Shown: piece after piece, positions 53,370-64,000 of the stretch
How positions within the stretch are numbered: the first letter of the stretch is position 1
How the letters are laid out: each line of letters starts with the position of its first letter
Notes under the pieces: generated by a model
The model's input: only the letters and a program-made list of their open reading frames with translations
Database searches by the model: none
Told to the model about the DNA's origin: nothing
Position numbers and translations under genes: made by a program
Assembly: GCF_037042905.1 (NCBI RefSeq)
Contig: NC_087245.1
Location: forward strand, 19,966,001-20,030,000
Length of the DNA stretch: 64,000 bases
Direction of reading: 5' to 3'
Source: Lytechinus pictus
Taxonomy: Eukaryota

Positions 53370-56283
53370 TTCTGATGCTATGATACCAAAAACCTTTTAA
53401 CCCGTTGCCTAGTGCAGTTTACATGCACTTCATAAACCCAGCCACAATATTGTATCATTACACGTGCGTCGTTGTCGGCGCTCATTCTTTCATCTTTAAT
53501 TAGTCTAGAATTGATCTTGGTTGGATTAAGCTATTAAACATGAGCAAGTCCTTGATATGTTCAATTCGCTAATCACTGAGGTGGTTAATCGCAAGGTTAC
53601 AACTTATTACGTTTTTCAAGGTCATCCTTGTGTTTCCACAAGTGCCAATATCAATATATATCAGATTCCCTTTATTCAAAGTTCTAAACCCTAAGCGATG
53701 GCATATCTTACGATTATTTGCTTCAAAAATTTGAATTCAATGTCGGATAAAATGGAAGAAGGTATCATGGAACATGTTTTGTATGAAAGATGTGATCTTA
53801 AATCTAACATCTAATAAGGACCGTAAGTCACCCATCAGTGCACCTAAATCACATTTAATGTTGTGCCAGAGAGGAAGTTGCATAAAATGTTATTTCCTGG
53901 ATGACAGACATACATCAGTTTTTCTCAAATGAGTGAATATGTAAATGTTAAAGATATGTACTACATCAAGCTTAATGAGATTAATCAATATCCATCAACC
54001 TATGAGGAAAGAAAGGCATGTAGAATTTCCAATCCTAAATACAATAAAAATGGCCAAAGATAAATGAATAAATTTCTTTGTTATGTGATCCTTAATCAAG
54101 AGCACTATATTATCATTAATTTAATTGAATTAAATTGTAATAAAGAGAATACTCATATGAAAATAAATTAATATCTTTATTTCAAATGAAATGAATTTTA
54201 AAATATTCAATAGCACTACGAAATTGTGATTTCCCCCTTTTTATGATAAGCTCTTTAGGATTCGACGGTTTAAATTTCTAGGTCAAAAGTAAAAGGATTC
54301 CATCAAGATGGATATTGGCAACTCTCTGGGATTTACATAAATGTTGGCGATTGGTGCTTTTGGCTTATGAGCCCATTGCCTACTGGAACCAGGCAATCCT
54401 TGTACAAAGACTATAGTAATAATTGAATTCTAGTAGTCAAAGGGTTACATCAGCATCTGATAACTTTCCTCAAAAACCTGTTGCCTTTAAACTAATACAC
54501 TAGATTATTTGCAGGGTCATTTGCTCACAAGACAAACTACATAATAAGCAAACAGGCGAAGATAAACAACATCATCTCCTGGGAGATTGGGAATAAAATT
54601 GGCCTAGAAATTAGTTGTCTAACTCCGAAGGGAAGACATCCCAAAACTCTAATTATCCCATCTTCTATAAAAAGTTTCAATTATTAGATTGAAACATCTT
54701 TAATCTTTTAATGTATACTACTATATTGAGAGCACAAGTTGATTGATTTCTCTCCGGGCCCAAACAGCCAGAATATTTAGGTTTTGGAAACTTGTAAAGA
54801 ATTTGGAATTTTGTTTGTTTTTCTTTCAATGTTTGTTGCCTTCAGTAAACAACACAAATTCAGATATTTTGTCTTCTTGCTTGATAACTTGGCATCACAA
54901 AAGCATGATTTTGGTCTCCTTCCCATGGTAGAATTGCATGTAAAAAAAGTACAAAGTCAAGTATATTATAAAGAAGAAAAGGGCAGTGCATAGGCCTTTT
55001 ATTAATAATATTATTCTGCATTATACAGGGTTCACATGACATATTCCGGGGGGGGGGGGGTGAAAGTGAAATCATCGAACCTATTCAACTATTTTTGCAG
55101 CAATTGAGACACACTTTTCTCTTACACTGCAACTTTTTTTTTAAACCCACATACAAAGTATCATTAAAGACTAACCACAAATTTAGGAGGGGTAAAACAG
55201 CAAATTAATAGTTTCTAAAGTTGCTCTTGAGGAGGAAGGTCATTCATACAAACCACAGAGGAATGGCAAAGTTGAATTGAGGGGAGGAAAGCTTGAGGAA
55301 AAGAGGAAGAAAATAAAATTGAAAGTGACCTAGAAAGTCAACTAACACTTGGGACAAGGAAAAAGAGTGTGTTAATGAATGCGTTCACACTTGCTTAAAA
55401 CTTCCCAGTTTTACGTCCCAGACAGACATTCATGAAAAGACAAGCATTATAACAAAAAAAATAATAATAGACATACTAGGACTACATGTATATACCCAGA
55501 AGGGAGTTGTCACAGGGCATTTTTGTAAATATGGAAAATGACACATTTATTTTTTTAAATCATGAAACAAACCAATCAACATTCTTAAGGCCTGGGCAAT
55601 ATGAGAATTGTGATTCTAACCATATGTGGTAATATGTGTAGCATAATGCTGTGCTACATTGCTTCATAGGGTGATTTCTAAGAATTCACATGGACTCAAG
55701 TTGTGCTATGGTGTTTTTCATCTATTTTTGTGAAAATAGAAGTTTGAATCGCTCCATTATTTTGTTAATTAATGTTAAATTCACTTCAATGTTTCTTGTT
55801 CTTTTTAAAATGATATTTATGTCAACAGATAAGAGCACTATTGCATATTAGTTGAGCAATGGTAACTTCAGTGAAATCCTTGATTTTGATTGGCTGTGGA
55901 ACATCATTACTATGGTAGTTACTATTGGATAGCAGATTACATAATGGTATCTTATATGCAATGGGGCAAAGAATTTCAAACATCTTATGGCACCCAAACC
56001 AAAAATGGCAACCAGTGACATCACAAAAGAGTTTTAGAAAAAAGAACCAACTAATGAAAATGAGAAGGGAGATTACTCAAACAGAATATAAAAAAACAGT
56101 TTTTAATGTCAATAATGGCAGGAATTTAATAAAACCACAATTTCTTATCACAGTGTTAACACATATGCAGCATTCAAAATATGGAAATTTCAGTTGAATC
56201 AGTAGTATTTTTTTCTTATGATGATGATAATAATAAAGGGTATTTATATTGTGCTCAAATCCACCTTGTTAGGTGTGAAAGAT

Positions 56284-56460
56284 TTTTAATTGAGGGGCAA
56301 GAATAAAATCAAATTTTGAGCTGGTGTGAACAGCCCTCTAGGGTCAGGTAGGTTTGCCTGGGTGAGGGTTTAGTTATTTTAATTGAGGGGCAAGAATAAA
56401 ATCAAATTTTGAGCTGGTGTGAACAGCCCTCTAGGGTCAGCTTTGCCTGGGTGAGGGTTT
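56284..56460. repeat. Recent tandem duplication, 93-bp period
   Basis: TTTTAATTGAGGGGCAAGAAT...CTAGGGTCAG...TTTGCCTGGGTGAGGGTTT occurs at 56284 and 56377, identical apart from a small indel. Confidence 0.92.
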
Positions 56461-58460
56461 TCTAGTACAGCGTCCAAATTAACGTGTCACATGTTGTGAT
56501 AATGACACACATGAGCACCCCGTTAATCCACAATATACCAAGCGGTCCACGCTAAATCTCCAAAACGCAGAAGGGACGTTGGAAATGAGATTTAGCAGGA
56601 GTGACAGGGAGTAAATACGATGGGAGAAAGGTGATGCTCCTATGCATACATGTCCGCATCATCCAGCCTGAAGAACGCTGATCGAACAGAACGCTCACGA
56701 GGAGCATACTACATCCTCTGCGACGACGCGCACATCAATTTCATGCATAATTGATGCGAAAACTGGGGTAGGAATAATGTCTACTGATCCAGTGAAAGCG
56801 GTTGACGTATGCATCATAATTATAAATTCATGGACGTGGAATTCGCGTTTATCCCCTCCAAAATTCAGTCATCATCTTTCTCATTCATGAGAAACATTTT
56901 TGCCGAGGGGAGAGGAAGCAGCACAGGTAGGGTGATGTATACTTGAGGATTTAGCGTCAAAATAAGATGAAAAGAAAGAGAAGAGCCTGGGATCGTCATT
57001 AAAAATTCATACAAAATATCTTGTATGATTATTAATTCAATAGATGCATCACCAGCAAAGAGATGGCACACACACAAACAAAAACAAAAACATTTTTCTA
57101 AGCATAAATGGAAATGTTTATCATGGGGAAAACAGAATACTGACAAGGAAAACAAAATTTCAAACAGCAAGAAAGCCCATCTTCCCTTTTCATCACTGTT
57201 TTTTTTTTTACACTGTATTTTTTGACAATGAAATTTGAATAAGATTGACAAAACATTTTAATTGTATGATGAATTTATTTGACAACATAAATATTGACTT
57301 CATGTGCCTAGCAGGGTTTCTATCAGGGTTGAAGGAATCTTGAGAATTTCAAAAAGAATGAAGAATTTCCAAGAATTTCTGATTCTCAAAAAGGAATTTC
57401 CAAGTTTTCACATTGTTCCACAAGGAAGTAAAATGCACAATAGTGGTTGTATAATATAGAAATGATAGCACAGATGATGCCATAAGATATCTTTCCTACC
57501 CCAAAATTAAAATGCTTCTAGGAATTCATTTTAATCTCATTCAATTGAAATCCTTTTTTTTTCTTATTTGAGTGTGATATGATAGTCCAATTACATTTAT
57601 ATCAGCACTGCCTTTCCGTTTTAACCACAAGATACATGCTGATATATAATTCATCTTTATTGGCCATTTGTCGTAAAACAAAACATTAACAATACATCAA
57701 AATAGGCTTAAAAGAGACGGAAATAACATGTAGACATTTAATTTGAAAGAATATAATAAAAGCCCAGGTCCCTGGCAGGAAAGTGTAAAACGAAATGCCA
57801 ATGGCAGGGCAAACATAATGTAGTATACACAATATAAGAAATAATACATGACAATATATATAGATGGAGAAGGAAAGGAATGGAAAAAGAAGAGAAAGAG
57901 ACACAGGGAGAGTGAAAGAAATGAAAGATAGCAAAAGGAAAAAATGAAGGAAATATAAAGGAAGAAATATAGAGGGTAAGAAAGAAAAACAAGTCATCTT
58001 GTATCATGTAATACATAATATTAATATTGCACAATAAAATTTCATATAATTTCTTTTATACTTTTATAGAAAATCGGCTTTGCACATTAATCAATCAGTT
58101 CCATTACATTGTAGAAATTATAAATTATCAAAAACATATGGTGATAAATAACATGAAAAAACCAGGATATTGAAGGAAAGGAGGAAGAATGGGAGAGCAA
58201 GAAAGAAAAAGGAAAATAAAAAGAAATAGAGAAGAAAAAGAGGAAAGGCAGAAAGGAAGAAAGAAAGGAGAAATACAAACAAGGTTTATTTTATGTTACT
58301 TATAAAAGACCTAAACATGGGGAAGAGGGGGGGGGGGGTGATCAGAACAGCTTCTATACATTCAATGTATTGGTATGACTTCCATGCACATTCTTTTCTG
58401 CTATAGAAAATTACATATGATCCCATCAGTAGATAGCATCTCTGAGTTCTGAGTATTTGC

Positions 58461-59001
58461 CATGGATTGAGAGATGTTGAGAAAGAGGGAGATAGAAAGA
58501 GAGAAATGAAAGATGGATGAGAGTCGAAGTTGGGAGGAGGAGGGACAGAGAGAGAGAGAGAGAGAAAAGGAGCATACTTTCCACAGACCCGACAAACTAA
58601 CATATATGCAGATCAGTCTCTATTAAACAGGTTTAGAATCAACTTAACCTTTGAAGACTCCCCTTTAAAATCTATCTTTGAAAGTGGAGATGTTTTCCCC
58701 TCTTGTTTTCTTCATTCATGTAACCATGTTACATGTTTGGGGGCTCTGTCACAGCACTAAACATTTATAAAGTTCATCTGAATAAAACATTACCCTTTTC
58801 TATGATCCATTTGCTCTGACCAATCTCTTTCTCTCCAGGCATCTCTTTCACTCCCCCACCCATCCTGCCAAGCTCCATCTCTCTTCCACTCTCTCACTCA
58901 TCTCCATCACTCTCTCTCTGTTCCACCTCCTCCAAACTTCAACTCTCATCCATCTCTCACTTCTCTCTATCTCCCTCTTTCTCAACATCTCCCAATCCAT
59001 G
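58461..59001. repeat. Inverted repeat pair, ~100-bp purine arm and pyrimidine arm
   Basis: CATGGATTGAGAGATGTTGAGAAAGAGGGAGATAGA...GAGAGAGA (58461-58565) vs TCTCTCTCTG...TCTATCTCCCTCTTTCTCAACATCTCCCAATCCATG (58911-59001). Confidence 0.8.
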
Positions 59002-59321
59002 CTGTCTTACCCCTATCTATCTGACTATCCACCACTCTCTATCCCCCCTTCCCCTCTCAACTCTGACGTTTACTTTTACGATAATGAATAGAGGACATTG
59101 AGACACCCCTTTTCTCCTTATTTTCGCATTTAATCAGGTTTTCAATCATGATTCATGTTGCCGTTTTTGAAACTGATATTGAACACACCCATGATCTATC
59201 TCTTTCTCTCTCTCTTACTCTTTTTGTGACGAGAGTCATCACTACCCCCAATCTAAGTGTGTGTGTGTCTCTCTCTCTCTGCCTTTTCTTCCTCTATTTC
59301 CCCTTTATTTTCTTTATTCAC

Positions 59322-60073
59322 AATCAGTGTACTGATGGATAATTCATTTTTCCTTTCCAATCATCGCAGAGCAAAAACGGAAATCAGCCTTGTGGTTTGG
59401 TCTTTGAAAATACAAAAAAACGAAATCACAACGAGAAAAACGTGTTGTGATTCCGTTTTTGTAGATCAAAAACAGAATATTGAAATCAAATATACTTTTG
59501 GGCTCTTTCTGATTTCTCATTCTATACTTGTGTTTGTTATATATCAAAAACAGAATCAGAACACGCTCTCCGCTCCGTGATTCTGTTTGGAAAAACGCAG
59601 ACAGCGAAAACGGAAACTTGCTTTCCACTTCCTGCTCTGTAATTTTGTTTTTCGCACAGCCAACAGCCATATACGAAATACGGTTTCCGCTCCCTCTACC
59701 TTTTTGATCGTTATACACATGCATGCGTGAATATAAAATCTACTATTAAATCTTCTCTCACGTGAATATTAAATGTTTGATTTTACTTTTTGTACTGTTT
59801 TGGACTGTTTTTCAATTAGAAATTAGTGGAGCATGTTCTGATTCTGTTTTTGATATATAACAAACACAAGTATAGCATGAGAAATCAGAAAGAGCCCAAA
59901 AGTATTTCTGATTTCAATATTCTGTTTTTGTTCTACAAAAACGGAATCACAACAGGTTTTTCTCGTTGTGATTTCGTTTTTGTATTTTCAAAGACCGAAC
60001 CACGAGGCTGATTTCCGTTTTTGCTCCGCGATGATTGGAAAGGAAAAACGAATTATCCATTAGTACCCTGATT
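59322..60073. mobile_element. Fold-back MITE with ~250-bp TIRs
   Basis: AATCAGTGTACTGATGGATAATTC... through ~59575 is the inverted repeat of ~59826-60073 (...GAATTATCCATTAGTACCCTGATT). Flanked by ATTCAC on both sides. Confidence 0.9.
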
Positions 60074-62409
60074 ATTCACCCCCCCCCCCCACTTCTCTCT
60101 TTCTACCTCACCTCTGCCTTTTCTCTCTCTCTGTTGTAAATATTTCTCTTCAATGCAGAGCATAACCTGTACACTTGTCACTTTCAAGGAGACAAATAGA
60201 TACACATACCATTCATCATGCATTTGTACAAATGAATGCTGTGTACCCTCAATGCAAATAACAAAACAAAACCATGATCATCAAACCAGTTGATAAAGAA
60301 GACGTTCAATGGAGGAGGGGGGGTGTAAAGGCATTCATAATAAATAGCTGTGACATAGATTGTTCAGATACTCTTCACAATAAACCACAGGACTTTGTCA
60401 ATGTCATTCGAATGAACATTTTAGATCCTTATACAGGTGACAAAACCTCAGCTTAAAGAAACAGTCTACCTTGAAAGAGCAAAAAATTGGAGGAATATCC
60501 ATTAGATTAGAGCTATTTTTTTATTAGAAAGTAGAAATTGCTCTTAACAGAAAATTGCCTCGCAGGATCATTTCCCATTTTGCAAAGTGTTAAAATTGAG
60601 AACCTATTCATGATCAAATAAAACAGGACTTCTCCTTTTCAAGTCATGTTTTCTTCAAACTTTAAACAACAATTTGATGCTTCTGTTTACAGTATACGCT
60701 TGTTTTGAAACCAAATTCATACCAGGACGGATTTCCCCTTTAAGCGACTATGCATGATGTATGCCAGTGGAGCAAAAAAATGGTAGCCCAGGGGTAACGC
60801 TGCATCAAAACCGCATTAAACATACACCGGAAAATAGAGAAAAAGGCAAAGAGAGCCTGAGGGCTATAAAATCATGTCTTGTTGAACATTTCCTATTCAA
60901 AATGAAGTATGAACTGGAAAAGAACAACCAGCTCGCAGGGGCAAGCATGCATGCAGCGCCCTCGTTACATTCCAAACCAAAGTTTACCTACATGAGGTTT
61001 TGTCATCAATGTTAAATTAGACTGATTAACCTTGGCAATCCGTATGAACCTCCTTGGATGAAGAAAAAAATGATCCTATTCAACAATCACATAGTTCCAT
61101 GTGCATAGAGGTCTATTTGAATGGTGTGAAGCAATGTGACTGGATGCAAATGATTCACAAACATGCTCTTCATATTCGCTTTTGAACATGTAAAATTATT
61201 TTGACAGTGGTGCATATGATTTGTGAAATTTTATATCCTACTGGGGGATTGTAAAAAAAACCATTAACATTTATAAAATCTGATTTCTGAAAAAAATATC
61301 AAATTAAGCAGTAGTGCCACTGTGAAGTTCATTTTTTTTAAAAAGAAGATCCTAAATGCTAAATTGTTATCAATGGCATGATGCCAAAGACATTTTTTTT
61401 CGCTTTTACCATGTTTTCATATTGCCAATTTAGCATAAAATTGCTTGGTTGTCAGTATAAAAGAAGCTATAGGCTCTTGTTTTCTCAGCCAAACTTTTAC
61501 TTTAATTCAAAAGCTTATTCTAACATGTACAAGCAGAAATTAGATTTAGCATTAGAAACATAAAAATATCCCCATTTCCATTTTTTACTCGTATGCGCAC
61601 AGGCTATCAAAATATTGATATCTATAATGCTGATCCATGGCAGAATACATTTAGCCTAAAGTCATCCATCACACGATAATCTCCAGCATTCCATTTACAT
61701 TATCATGATCCTTTTCAAACTAGAATGTGAATAACTGTAGGAGGCTTTTACTTGCACCATTGCACATAACACCTTCCTACAGATCCCATTCACACTGAAA
61801 AATAAATAACGTGATATAATCAAGAAAGTATCCGAAATGGAAAAATGCCAACACCACTCCACATGATAAGCCGACCTCTCTCACAATGTATGCTCACATA
61901 ATCCTCATCATACAACTGGTAAATTGGCAACATATGAACGCCTCTCATTAGAACTCAATCAATGAGGGCAAGACAGGCGGGCCAATCTGATTTTTTGGAT
62001 GTGAATGCAAAAACGCATGCTCCACAAAAACCAATAAAGGACCACCCTGGCGTGAAACTGCCGGCCTCCTCAAATCATTTGCGGCGCACTTTGAAGAATG
62101 GTTCAAAGCTATTCATTTTGGTGCCCTTTATAAATATTTGTCCAAGGTGCTATATCAGAGCACACTTTGCATCTGCTGCTTTGACTAGATTACTGGAACA
62201 AATGTGATATTGACATCATTTCTCCTGCCCTTGACTTTGTGAGAGGTGGGTCATGGGGGCGGGGAAGAGACCACAGGGTACCTCATCGAAAAGAATAGAA
62301 TCTATTTTTTAGAACCAAATATACTGGACTGGTTTTCAACCGCTTGATTAACCCCCGACACCTTTTGCGCCTGCTCTTGCACCGTAAAGGTCACAGGAGC
62401 ATATGACAT

Positions 62410-62730
62410 GGGTCTTGAATGATGCTCTTAAAGGGAATGCACACCATGATGTCTTCAAGCTCGTTGATAGAGTGTTGCATCCGCTTTATTATTGCGGGGA
62501 AAAGGCCGCTGGTCCTTTTAAAGAGAATGCACACCATGATGTCTTCAAGCAGGATGATATTGTAGCATTGGCTTCACCATTATGGGACTGGCCACCAGCC
62601 TCGACGAATGATTTTACAGGGAATGTATTATGATGATGCCTTTGGCCTTGGTGATGTATATGCTGTCCATTGAGGTTGACCAATGATCTTGGTCTTGAAG
62701 GAATGCACACTACAATTCCTTCAAGCATAT
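62410..62730. repeat. Degenerate tandem repeat, ~80-95-bp period, about four units
   Basis: GAATGCACACCATGATGTCTTCAAGC exact at about 62436 and 62525, degenerate at about 62621 and 62701. Confidence 0.7.
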
Positions 62731-64000
62731 CGCAGTATCCACTTAACATTCATGCTCAGAAAGTTTCTACAAATTGACATATAAACTTATCCAAGGACTG
62801 ACTCTTGTAGACAAACAGATTATACAAATTTGATTGGTTTCCATTTCTCTCACTGCTTCCCCATTACTCAACCCTGGTTTTAAAAAGCCATCAATATCTC
62901 GCCACTTGACATATAGAACCAGAAATGGTTTTAATTTATACAAATGCTTCTTGCATAATATCAACAATGCCACTGTGTAAAAGAAATTTAAATTTGTCCA
63001 ATAGTAATAGCAGCAATGAATAATCTATTCAGACGACAATGTGCATTCAAGATCGTCTTTCCACTTCACAGCCAGGGACCGTAAACCTATTCCGGGACAG
63101 CCTCTTTCCCATCCCTCCGCGTACCGATGTCGGTTCACCCTCAGCACGATTCCTCCATGAATGAAGAGCATGTTTTCTATGCTGATGAATGAGACACAAG
63201 GTATTTGAAGACTTTCCAAGACACTTCTTTTTAGAGAGAAGACACTGACCTATTTACCTTATATTACTTCAGTCATTCAGGGGCTCTGAATAGGAATGCA
63301 TTTACATATGATTATGACCCTAGTGGTGAAACCTGGTCCATCAAGTACAAAAAAGCCCTCGGTATTCGGCCATTCCGACATGCAGAGGACCTCCCTTTAC
63401 CCTTTACACTGCGCTCCCAGGCAACACAATTTGATCATGACTTTCATGTAGTGATGTAAGTACATCTGAGAAGCAGAGGAGAATCAAGCATATGAGAATC
63501 ATAAAGACACAAGCACTGCATCTAGGGTATAAAAATATAACCCGTCTGTTCCCTTTACCACCAGAGAAAAATGTATTCACTTCTCTAACAGTGAATGTTA
63601 TACTAATACTTCAATTATGAAAATATCATTGAATACTCATCTATTTTATGGAGAGGAGATACCCCAACCCCATCTTAATCTTTCATTTGATTTAAAGATT
63701 TTGTTCAAAACATAATGACCATAATGATAGCAGTATGCAAGTATAAAGCTGTAAGCTTCTTAAATGTTTAATGTAAAGTTTAAGTCCAAAGGAGAAAACA
63801 AGATCTACTTGCATATACCACCGTTGTCCTGATACTCTGAATGATGATTGATTTCAGTTGGTCTCTACACTCTCTCTCTCTCTCTGCAGTCAATTATCAT
63901 CTCCCATGTTTTGCTCTCCATCTAAACTTATTCTCTCTCATATACACCTTCTTCGACTTTCTCCTTGCCCTATTCATTTTTCCGACATCCAACTACACGT

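Noticed and set aside
60457..60739. Additional TTAA-flanked MITE
   Set aside because: TTAAAG...CTTTAA ends are present but the TIR match is too degenerate to support.
62410..62730. CRISPR-like repeat-spacer array
   Set aside because: Only two exact repeats, long irregular spacers, no cas genes and a eukaryotic context.

Overview
AT-rich, essentially non-coding eukaryotic DNA, most likely a large intron or gene desert. The repeat repertoire, poly-G/C runs and frequent TACATGTA suggest a marine invertebrate such as a sea urchin, but this is inference only. No host gene exon, rRNA, true tRNA gene or CRISPR array can be supported. The only convincing ORF is a 5'-truncated but uninterrupted reverse-transcriptase ORF2 of a CR1-group LINE (45578-47674, minus strand), nested inside a non-autonomous DNA transposon with 6-bp target-site duplications (TSDs). 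The rest is a dense, often nested set of non-autonomous elements: two Helentron-associated (HINE/DINE-like) elements with internal tandem arrays, a SINE inside a SINE, two near-identical MITE copies with CAT/ATG TSDs, several TTAA (Kolobok-like) and TWA/CWG (PIF/Harbinger-like) MITEs, a 2.1-kb element with long terminal inverted repeats (TIRs) and 8-bp TSDs, microsatellites and small tandem duplications. I cannot demonstrate a new biological system. The least explained stretch is a compositionally foreign ~0.8-kb segment (about 36250-37050) that replaces the expected end of a HINE element and shows weak fold-back symmetry.
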